Shown in pieces: positions 26,701-38,700 of a stretch of DNA of 64,000 nucleotides (position 1 is the first letter of the stretch; every line of letters starts with the position of its first letter). Source of the DNA: Pocillopora damicornis. Its lineage: Eukaryota. Position numbers and translations under genes: made by a program. Under the pieces are notes generated by a model. That model made no database searches. It was not told where the DNA came from and worked only from the letters and a program-made list of their open reading frames with translations. The stretch covers positions 372,001 through 436,000 of the forward strand of contig NW_020846727.1 of assembly GCF_003704095.1 (NCBI RefSeq). The letters are read 5' to 3'.

Positions 26701-29700
26701 ATCCTGTTAGGAGAATTTTAAAGTGATAGTTGAGAGTTATTCCGTATCGCATTGATTTTACTCTAGTACGTTATGTGAGATCATAGTAGTTGAAAGACAA
26801 CAACAAATTTCTTTACCAACATAGTCTCATTATTTTAGTGCGCCTGCGTAGCACGTATAAAGTAAAGGCTTGGGTTCGCGAGTAGAGATAACATCTGAGA
26901 GACTGTGAGAACTAATGTGTGATATTTTCTGTCTTTTATTGGGCAAATCACCATCTAAGAACGCCAGGACTCTTAATAACTGAAGCCATCGGACTCTTTG
27001 TCGTATACATAATACAAGACACCTTTCAAGATATTGGCAATTTTTTTATGAGCCAGTCTTTTGCTTTGAAAAAGTATATCATAAACGCCAAAATTTTATT
27101 TTTGTTTACAGATCGACCTCGGAACTCTTGCCATGATAAAACGTCTGGATACTCAAGGACGACACGGGGTTTCCGAATGGGTCAGCAGTTTTACCCTATC
27201 CTACAGTTCAGTGGAAAGCAACTTCAAATTTTATGCTCAGGTATACGTGGAGAACAATTCATCTTATTTATCGAGTTTCTTTAATCTGTGAAATTTTTCC
27301 CCTTCATTTCTGCATTTGCCCAATCATTTTACAGCTTAAAATGGTAACACTGCGATACAATCACTAAGTGTACAATGCCAGTTCTGCAACCCCCTTACTC
27401 ACCGTGTTTTCACATGCCTTTAAGATAGTTCTTTTTGCCCGCGTGTTAAAAAAGGACCTTCACACGATGCATTTACTGTAGAACCTGGACGGCGATCTGT
27501 GACTCAAGACGAACAAATCTGGGTTTTAAACGAAGGATTCCAACAGAGCGCCCAAGGGTTCTTCAGTACATCAATGATACCTTTTTTATTTAAGAAACTG
27601 TATATTTAAATATCTTGATTAAATTTCTATAACGAAACGAAAGAGGGAAATTAACGAGGTAAAACAAACAAAAAAGGTCGCAACTTGCCCAAAATCTTAG
27701 ATCTACATTTATAATCTCATTATTCAGATATTATATATTTGAAATTTCAATGATAGTCACAGAGGAGGCTAAGCGTTTTATTGCGCGGGAGTGGAGGGAC
27801 TCATCTGGCAACAAATCCATTGATACTCCGTTCGCTACCGCGGTGTCATTATCAGCAGATGAGTTTGACGAGGTTGTTGCTACTTCTTAACTTGCAAAAA
27901 TAGTCTTGAAATGAAGGGTCGCTTATAGTGCTTTATTTCTGTTGTTGTTAGATTTTTAAAGCTAACAGAAATCAAAACACAATAGCAGTAAACACAATCA
28001 TCCCGTCCATATTGGCCAGGTTTCTTCGTATTCATCCTCGCACCTGGGTTAATGGGGTGGCTTTGAGAATTGAAATCTATGGCTGCTTTGCAGGTGATCT
28101 ACTTTTATTTATTTGTTTTTGTTATTTTTCATAAAAACTGAAGTGCACTACGAATTTTGTACAAATTCTCTTCCTATAGGAGCCACTAATATAAGCCAGA
28201 CCAATCCTATAACTAGAAACGAACGATAAGTTTTACCACAATTCTTTGCCATCTTCGCTCGCTTTGGTACTCGGTACTTTTTGGAAAAATTAATTCAGTT
28301 AATCATTTTTACTTTCCCATAATGCACCGATTGGTTAAAGTGATCCCGTTAATAATGTTGGACCCTGCAAGAGTCTTAGATGCCGGCTAGCTGCAGTGTA
28401 ATACCTCCTCTTCAGTCAGTTTAATTTCTGTGCACTTCTTATATTTTGTGGCGGATATTTAAGTATCTGCTGGATCTAGTGCATGCACTCAAGGCGAATT
28501 TAGTAAGTCAAAGCGAACATAAGTAAGAGAGTGATCTTGTCGGTAAACTTACAATCAATTGGTTAACAGCGTGCATAAGTAGGTATGTGAGTAGATAACG
28601 TTAACGTTATTCTTCAATTCACATGTTTTTTGTTTCTTTAATAGTAAACATGTATATCGAGAAGATTATAGACAAAGGATGCTATAAGGATTATACCGAC
28701 AGAACCCTTGCGTCATTGGAGACAACGAGTCCATTATTAGATGGCAGTTATATGCAAAGGGCTGCTGCCATAAGACGATGTGCAAAGGCTGCTTACGATT
28801 TGCAACTGAACGTTTTTTCGGTTCAAAACGGAGGGCAGTGTATGGGAGGAATCGGAACTCATTTAAACTATAACAGATACGGAAAGTCTACCCAGTGTCA
28901 AGAGAACGGCCGCGGTGGACCATGGGCTAATCAAGTCTATGAGATCAAAAGTAAGAAGTGGAATAAGAGAATTATGGGACAATCTTTTCATTTGAATGGC
29001 TGATAGAAATAAAAGATTCCTATTTGTCACTTTTTTCTGAGAAAAGTAATAGTGCAACTGATTTGACATGTAATCTCCTTGTCCTTGTGTCCATTAAAGA
29101 TCACACTTTGAAACTGTTGGGACAAACCTATTCAAATTGGCAAAATTAAGTTTATTGAGTCTCAGAAAGGTACCTTGACGTAGGAATAAACATCTAACAG
29201 CAGCCAATCGTCAATCTCCAAGAAATTAAAACTAAAATCCACTCCATTTTGATTTTTTATGTTTTTTAAATGTTCTACTGTTGATGTTGTTTTATGTTTG
29301 TTGTTTTTGTTTTTCATGTCACTTATTAAATCAAGCAGTCTGAGATTTTACTCGTTTATTTGACTAGGAAAGTGTAATTTGTCAGATGAATGGTGTGATT
29401 GGATGAGCCAAAATGATACAAAAACAAGATGGAGTCTGGCGGAAGCGGCTGACTTAGTCAAAGCTAGCAAAGCCATTGCAGAATTTGCACATAACTTTGT
29501 AAACAAGGGTAAGACAAATATTCCTATTTGAAAATTTGCTATCTAGTGATTTTTTGTTTCTACTTGCTATTGACATCAACTTTTCTGTTTTGGCAGAAAA
29601 TCTAAATGACAGACAGTATGTATTGGAAACAAGCAAGAACAGGCCACAGCGAATCACCACTCCGGTCTCAATAGGGACAAGCATTAATGCAATGACAGTA

Positions 29701-32700
29701 TGTTATTGGTTACAGGATAACTTTGCTATTTTCTCCCTGAAATATGCATCCGGCAACGACGCTGAGGAGACGCCATCCTTCAGTTTACATCAGAGTTTAG
29801 TTGGGGTTAAAATGAATGTCAAGGAAAGTGTTATGTAAGTATCTCTATTCACTGCTTAGCTATAAAGTGGGCGCACGTTGATAGAAACTTTGACCTTCCA
29901 CAACTCTTCAACAAATAGAAGGCATTTTCCCGGGTTTTCTGATAAACTAAATGTTCTTATTGAAGGAACACTCAAAAAGCCTATAAACCGTTTACCTCTC
30001 GAATAGTAGTGGTGCAAGTGCAAAATAAAGGCTATTGTGTTTTTACTTATAAGACATCCACTTTGTTTCTGTCATTATTGATACCAAATGTGTACTGCCG
30101 GAAGGAAATTAATTTACACCCCTGCGCAGGGGCTCTCTGAGTACGTCCCGTTCACTGAGTACATTTATTATTTGGTCCTGCAAAACCACCGAACTTATTT
30201 AAACTGATGACATTTCAAACACAACTGTCTATTTCCGTAGTTTATCACATTTGTCCGTGGAGAGAAATGTCTGGCATCATGTCTGTGCCTCATGGAGTTC
30301 TCAATTAGGATTCTGGAAAATTTACAAAGATGGAAAGCTCTTCGATTTTGATAGATGGCTTAGCTCCGAACAAGTAATATCTGGTGAGATGTTACCAAAA
30401 GAAATTGTTCTGACATTGTGCCACAGCTGAGTGCGACAGCTGAGTGCCACAGCTGAGTGCCACAGCTGAATCCCAAACTTGGCCTGGATGATACTTAACC
30501 CAGAGGAATTTTTTTTTCTGTTTAAATGGTTATTTTTGAGTCGTCAGATCACGAAATTCTGCCTCGTTAAACACAGAAACCGATGAAGCCAAAAATAGAA
30601 TTTGAACAGGAAAAAAGAGCATGATTAGTGATGAGAGATTTGCCAATCAAAATCGCATAAAAATTTGTAGCTGAAGATGCATGTGTGAAGCTGATGATCA
30701 TTGGAGGTGAACACATACTTCAACTTCAAATTCTCAATAATATGGCTCTTTAATTTGTAATTCCAGGGTCAGGAGTTACAACTATAGAATTCCAACAAGG
30801 CAATCAAACGTTCTCATCAAGATTGACTGGTGTCAATATGTGGGACCATAATCTAGGAGTGGAGGAAGTATATCGTCTTTCTCTTGGATGTGGACAAGAA
30901 TCAGGAAATATTTTGCGGTGGTTTGATCTGAGGAATAAAGTGGATATGACGGAGGACGAAAAGGAGATAAAGGAGCCGGCTTGCTCGTATCGTGATGGTA
31001 CAGGTCAAGTTTTCCTTCCTCAAAGGCGACGGTTGCTACCCCAATTTTCATTAAAATAAATGTGTACTTAGTTTTTGTTTCAGTTTTTAAGTTAGTAATG
31101 GTTCAACTTTCATGAAGTGTAAGTGTTCAGTCTCACTTGTCAAAGCTCACAATCCGCCACAAAATTTTCAAAATACTTCTTAGCAGAAGTTTTATGTACT
31201 CTTTTGGAATGAAGAGAGAACTAGCTCAATGCGGCTGTGTATTTTATTGTGTTAAAAACCAAGACGCGTCAAACATTCAAATACCAAATGTCAAATAAGA
31301 TTATTTGAAATTCAAAATTAAGTCTTCGACGATTTTTTACATAAAGTCGGTATGATTGTGTAAACCAAGTGTCAAACAGAAATAGACCAAGCGGAAAACT
31401 AGAGTTTCTGCAACTGGAATTTTCTGATTTAATACTGATGCCCCTGCGTCTTCTTGCTTTCGCACAGCATTTCATCTTTTTTGCCTTATCAAATACCTAC
31501 TGCTCTAAATGGTAAGAAATTGTTAATGTGCAGTTATGTTTCGTAGATGATGCAAAGTATTTAGTAAAAGCAAATGTTTCTATCAGGTGTTATGGCAATA
31601 GTAAGCCATGGTATTGCAGAAAGGGTTACCTTGGTGAGTCCGTGGAACAATAGATCAGCAGACAAATATGGAAGTTGTCTCAAGTTCAGGTTTCTAATGT
31701 TTGGACCTGGTGCTAAAGGATTGGAGATTCATCAACAACTTGAAGAAAGTCAGTGGCCGATTTGGAAAGATTCTGATAACATGGTGCCGTACTGGCGACA
31801 TGGACAAGTTTCCCTGAGTTCTCTTGCGAGGAGCAAGGTAATACCAAAAAACCAGCACCTCGACTTCCTTTCTCTTTGAAAAATTTTATAGGTTTACTAA
31901 GTGGTTCAATGTCTATTGCATGGTTAGGTTGCTTTGTCAAACCAAGGAAAAATTCAACGTTGGTTATGTTTGGTCAATAAGCAACCCAGGATTCTTCTTA
32001 GATTCTTCTTAAAAGGTCGCTCGCCAAACCGATACCAACCACTGCGATCAACTTGTAAACAACAATTTGCGACCAAGTATTGTGCCGAAAATCTATGCAG
32101 TAGTACTTAGGATAATCTGGGACGGACGACCGTACCTTTTTATCCAAGATATACCCGTATTCAAATTTTAACGAGGGTAGGTTACATGTGTATCCCGGCG
32201 GTACTAGGCAAATTGCAGTATACATTGCACACTGCATCGTCATCGGAGTAAATGTCTATTTTATGACATTACCTTGGACGAAGCATGTAGCAGCTGCGGG
32301 AGTAAGGGTGTATGGGTAGATAATAAAAAAAAAAAATCTTATCTCGAATGACGAAATTCACCGAATTCTTTGCATCTGTATGCAAGGTTATCATTAAAGG
32401 AGACATGGAAAGAGTGCCTGGTTACATAGCTGTCGGAGGACTGTCTTGGGTCGATGGGTATTGTGAATCTCAGCCTGTTGGAGCAGCCAATCAAGGTAAC
32501 ACTCAAGTTCTACTCTTTTTACTGTGAATAGGCATTGGTGTATTATGATGATGTTATTACAAAAGAAGCAACATTTTTAAGTTTGCAAAACATGTTTGGA
32601 CATTATTCAAGTCATCCTTAATTGCAAATGGTCGTTATATAATTCGAATTTACACTTTACAAATATGTCATGGAATTACAACGTAAGCTTAGTGATGTCA

Positions 32701-35700
32701 AAACATGTTTTCAAAGTTAAAAGTGGTTTTTCCTTTATGATTATTATTTTTATTATGCTTATTTTCTTAATGATAGCATTATATCTCTGCAGCATGTAGA
32801 AAAACACTGGTGGCGTCTTCTGGTTTTATCTTATCACCTTACTATCCTGGGTTCTATGCACCTAATTCCAGTTGTAATTGGCTAATAACCGCGCCAGTTA
32901 GTCATGTGATACGTCTTGAGGTACTGGATTTTCAACTGGAGCGTGACCCGCGATGTGCTACTGACCACCTTGAGGTGACTGATGGGAACACAGTAGGTGA
33001 AAAAAACTTGGGAAGATACTGCGGAGATGAAATTCCGAAACTAATGCAGTCCACAAAAAATACACTGCACATAGCGTTCAGGTCGGACATGAGCGTCCAA
33101 CGAACAGGCTTTAAAATACACTATTCATTTAAAGGTTTGTCAGAACACTTTATTATTTTATGGTTATTACAGACACAGTGTCTTTTCCAATTTCGACCTT
33201 TCCTCGCACATTGTGCATATTATTAAAACTCTTCACAAATATGTTTAAAGATAATCAATTAGTTGCTAGGGTCCCATAAGTGAAATCCTGTCAATTATTT
33301 CAGTATCTCATACGTTGAGATTTTATTTTTTTGTTCGTAAACACAGATTGATCGTATAACTACCGCCCATCCCTCTTTTTTTCCTTCTCCACAGTACAAG
33401 CTGAGGATAGTGCATGTAGCAGCAAACGAGGTAATATCTAATGTCATCGGTATAACTTTTTAAGCTGAGTAAAAACTTTGGTTTCTTTGGTTTCATCGGC
33501 TAAGGAAGATGCCTATTTCTCAACTATCTGTAGAGTTCAGTATCTCTGCATTACAGAATGTTTATGTGAAGACTCTTTAATTGCAGATTTCTCCTATCTC
33601 AAATAATAATTGCTTCTAATCCTATTTTATTCACTTCAGATTGCCCATCAGGCTGTTCGTGCTTCCAGACAACTCTCGGAAATTTTTTTGTCCAAGGTTT
33701 TGATCTAAGAACTGTTCCGGGAAACATGCCATCCTACACAAAAGCCTTGTAAGTCTGTCATACTTTTTTGACACATGCGTGAGAAATGTCACAAGTTATT
33801 GCACTAGTAGATTGAAACTGCTGCAAATAAAGCTGGTTGTTTTCATGGAAACATTTCAAATTTCCTCTACCACAAGAATTGTACATAAATTCGTGTTTAA
33901 TAACATTTCAGGCTCTTTGCAAACAACAGAATTAACCTGATTCAGGAGAAAGCTTTTTCAAATTTGCCGCTGTTGGAGTATATGTAAGTCTCTAGATCAT
34001 CTTTTTAATTTTCAGCATCGTTTTCGCAAGTCAAAAAGTTTTTTTGTGGACTTTTGACTCTTTATGGCGATATATTTCGACAAATCTTATCAAAACACGA
34101 TTACATAGATTTGTCAAAGAAGTTCTTATCAGACATTGTAGGGAAAAATTTCCTGACAGGACCACTGTCACTTTTATTAAGTTTGACATCATACCAATGT
34201 TAACAGTTATCATGGAAAATCGTAAAGATCGTGATTAGTCTAGAATAAGTCACAAGTATCTTCTTTTTTATCTTAGAGATCTCAGTAGAAATGTAATTCT
34301 GATGTTAGCTGATTCTTCGTTTCAAGGATGTCAGAATTTAAAAACCATGTAAGTTAAGCGGCTTTGATTTGCGTTACACTTACACCCTATGTAACTAATA
34401 AACATCCCCGCGTTACACAGAGATTTCTTTGTTTCAGCACGTGAAGCTCGCATGTTCGTCCTCAGGAGAAATTGTTATGTGTTTGCAATTTTAGTGTACT
34501 TGGCGTTTAAATCAGTAAATCAAGTGTCCGTTATTTTTACCGCAAGCCTGGTATTGCCAAGCCAGACCCGAACTCTTTGATATACATCGTACATCCCTGT
34601 TAAATCCTGGATGTTTGAGATTACCTTGAAATCGTCAAGTTATGGAAATTTTCTCTAATTCCTTGTTCTTACTTCCTTGTTATAACTCCTCAGAAGACTG
34701 ACTGGAAATTTTGTCAGGAAATTGTCTTTAAATGTCTTTTCTCACCTTCACAATCTAGAAGTCCTGTGAGTATATTTTTTATAAATATTTACAAGAAAAA
34801 GGGAAGAAACCTTTATTACAACAACTATACCTTATATACCTTATATGCAAGATTTCCTCTCAGTGATATCTATTATATTGTATTTCTTCAAGTATAACAT
34901 GCACAGCTGCTACTTATTTGCATTTTACTGTTTGCTAGTACGTACGTACGTACGTACGTACGACACTTTTTTCCAATTCTCCTTATCTGTTTTTTCTATG
35001 ATAGAATGCTTTTAATGTTAACCTCGTAAAAATTTCTTGCGGAAAAACCAAGCAATAATTGTCAACATAATATTTTTGAAAATTTATCATGAATCACAGA
35101 GATCTTGGAGAGAACCTCTTAACTGTGATCCCAGAGGGAACATTTTCTCACTTGCTCAATCTTCGCGTGGTGTGAGTACAATTACTAATCATAAAATATT
35201 GCTTAATAGCATAAGAATACTGATTGTCAGTTCATATTGTCATTAAACGGCTAGATCAGAGCATCTGAATATTGAAAACATTAAAGTGTATCAACGTAGT
35301 TTTTAGTCTTCATTACCATCTTCCCTCCATCTGTTCGAGGATATTAGACAGTTTTAGATACAAGTTGTTTCCTTATGAGATGAGAGTAACGATTTGTCGC
35401 TGAATATCCCCAGTTTAAAACTTTTTACTTGGTCCTATAGATCTACCTGAATTCAGTTGCTATATTTTGCCAAGCAAACACGTGTTTTTAATTTCTCAAC
35501 AGAAGTTTGAGGTCTAATGAAATAAGGTCTCTGGAGATGAAAATGTTTAGCCAGCGGAGTAATTTAACATATCTGTAAGTTTCTTCTGATCGTTTACCAA
35601 TTTATCTTCACCCTAATTCTTTCCAGAAGCCTTTTGCGAAGTCATTATTAGGTTGCATAGTTCATTGTCCTATTTCATATCATCGTCATTATTCGCTTCG

Positions 35701-38700
35701 ATTCGTTCAAAAAATGCGATCAAAAATGTATGATTGATCGAACGATCTGTGAGAGTGCGCTGTTTCATCAAATCAAACTCGGTGACTTTGGTGTGCACAT
35801 TTCCTCATATCAATTTGATGACCACTCAGTTAAGCGACCACTCTGTAGACAACCTCTCGTTGTCATTTCTGGGGTGACTGCACCACCTTTGTGGTAAAAC
35901 GTTTAACAAACTTCTTAGGGGAAAATTCTCCAGAAAAACCGTACCTCTGGGGAAGCATTTATTTGTATAGCTCAGATGGCTTAATTCCCTCTTAGGAAAA
36001 TTTCCCTTGTGTCGTGCATCTGGGAAGCGACCATGTACGAGATCATGCGAAATACGTGTACAATACATCCGTATTTTTAACTTTTGGCAAAGTAACGTTT
36101 AAGATTCTTAGCAATTTGACCACCAACATATTTTAAAGTTCAAACATATAAGCAGTTCAACCATTAGATATTTTTTCTCATCAGATATCTTCAGGATAAC
36201 TTGATTGAAGTAATTCCGGACAAATTATTCAACAATCTTGGAAACCTAAAAGTTCTGTAAGTATCTTTTAACATTGACATACTTCTCATCTCTCATCTTA
36301 TGAGGATTCTCACTAGTGATGTTGTTAAGTAATGGTAATAGGACTGAGTGGAGTCCAATTCGGTCTGTAATCATACGAGTGCTAACAAAATCGGTCGACC
36401 GCGCAGCAGGAGTCCGATTTGTTTATCACCCGTATCATTACAAACCGAATTGGACGACATATCCTCTCTTTCTCCATTTCTTTGTTCTTCCACATACTTT
36501 CGTATTTAAAAGGGAGTAGCAAATGACCTGATTGTGCATTTATATGCAAGTGTAGTCAAATCTTGAAACTATTTCCATTCTTTGTCTTAGCTACCTGAAC
36601 AACAATAAGATAAAAAGGATATCAATGCACACCTTTGAGGGATTAATGTCATTACACACTCTGTGAGTATATGTGTGTGTACCTTGTCTCTTTCACGCTT
36701 TTGCAAGCTTATTAATACCGTAAGGTTACTCATGAAAGCGTAGAAATGAGAATTGGTGGGATTTAAATAGAACTACCCTCATTGTGACTTTTAAGGCTTT
36801 ACCACGATCACCAACGTTTTTATTTTTTACCTCAATCCGCAGTCTGCGTAAATATCAGGGGGAAAAAACATTTTTGTCATCATGGCTCACTAACCTTTTT
36901 TGCACACGTGAGCCATTCGACTTTGCATTATCTCAAAATATCTAAGAACAGAATGTTTTCGTCGGGATAATTCATCACGTCGGCGATTGACGGTATTCTT
37001 CTCTTGTCATATGATTCAGGTATCTAGACAATAACAGGATAGTGGACCTCCCTGCTGAAACTTTTCATGCTTTGGGCAGTTTACGAAAACTGTAAGTGAT
37101 GTTAAAAAAACACATTTATCCCTCAGTTATATAATCAGAAAACTCAACAAAACTTTGATGACCTTGGCGCATCCTCGCCGATTCAACGGCTTGCGTATAT
37201 TTTACCCACTCCTCGAAGGGTTCATTATTTCCCAAGGAGTAAATAACAGAAGGAGTCCGTTTTATTTTTGTTGGTAGTTTTATGATGAGACCATGTATCG
37301 ATTTTTTCTCATAAGACAGCTCCAGAAGAGAATCACATGATCGCATCAGGGCCGTTCATACGAGAAAAATATCTGTGGCTGACATTAGATGCAAACCCTT
37401 CCGTCTGACCGATACATTTCCACTTTATTTTCCTCTCGCAAAAGGCCCTAGTGACTCTCTCTGGACTCAATTTACTTCCATTCAGCCTTTGAATAACGAA
37501 CGATAATGCAGTCTTCAGAGTCATAAACAAATTTTCTGGCTAATCAAATGAACTTTACTCTGTCACATTTCTAGTTACGTTATATGATAACTAAAAATCG
37601 AGACCAAACAGCTTACAACGATAAATATAACAGTTTTGTGCTGACAGAATGACAAAAATATGCTTCTACTGCCAATGATAACCCCCCAACGTCAGAACGG
37701 CTAGTTTTTATTAATAGGTGATATCATTATGGGGGTAGGTGATATTATTATGGGGGAAGCCTGCAGACTTGCAATGAAGACAAATACTGCTTTCTTTCAG
37801 CACCATGGATCATTTCACCCACTGCTGTTATGCTGTTACTACAATTCCTCAATTACAGTGTGATGCTCCTGCCGATGGTTTCTCAAGCTGTGATGACCTC
37901 ATGAAAAATAAAACTCTCCAGATATTCATATGGATTCTTGGAATCTCAGCATTCGCAGGGAATTTGATTGTGGTTCTTTGGAGATGTTTCTTGAAAGAAG
38001 ATAATCGCGTTCACTCATTCCTGCTAACAAATTTAGCGATATCTGATTTTCTTATGGGGATATACTTATTAATAATCGCCATTAAAGACACTCAGTGGCA
38101 GGGAGTGTATTTCAAACATGACTTATCCTGGAGGACAGGTAAACTGTGTCAGTTCGCCGGCGTGTTATCCATGGTTTCAAGTGAGGTGTCTGTGGCAATG
38201 TTGACAATTATCACAGCCGACCGACTCATATGCATAGTATTTTCATTCAGATTCAGGAAGCTTTCTTTCAAGCGTGCATGTTTTTTGTGCACAGTTGTGT
38301 GGCTCTTAGGAATCACGATATCCACAGTGCCACTGATGGGAATTGATTATTTTAATGACACGAAAAAAGGTGTAGGTTTTTATGGTCGTTCAGCCGTGTG
38401 CCTTCCTCTCCAGTTGTCATCTGACCGACCAGCAGGTTGGGAGTATTCTGTGTCTTTCTTCATCGCCTTTAATTTCGTGGCTTTCATGTTTATGCTTGTT
38501 TCTTACATTGCTATGTTCGTTAAGGCAAAGAAAATTGGCGGAGCCGTCAGATCGACCAACGTTAGAAACGAGACTGCTATGGCGACAAAAATGATGTTCA
38601 TAATCCTCACAGACTTTTTCTGCTGGATACCAGTCATCATAATCGGAATATTATCTTTAACAGGAAGACTGTATGATCCAAAGCAGCTTGTATATGTTTG

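Noticed and set aside
28180-28230. Alternative terminal exon after the second F5/8C domain (would give a secreted form)
   Set aside because: An acceptor and in-frame stop exist, but there is no nearby canonical poly(A) signal or other support.
30418-30469. CRISPR-like repeat array
   Set aside because: Contiguous 13-bp units with no spacers in a eukaryotic intron; a simple minisatellite.
31547-31633. Alternative-frame exon DDAKYLVKANVSIRCYG.. with a gtgagt donor
   Set aside because: It overlaps the clear MAM reading frame starting at 31587; likely chance.
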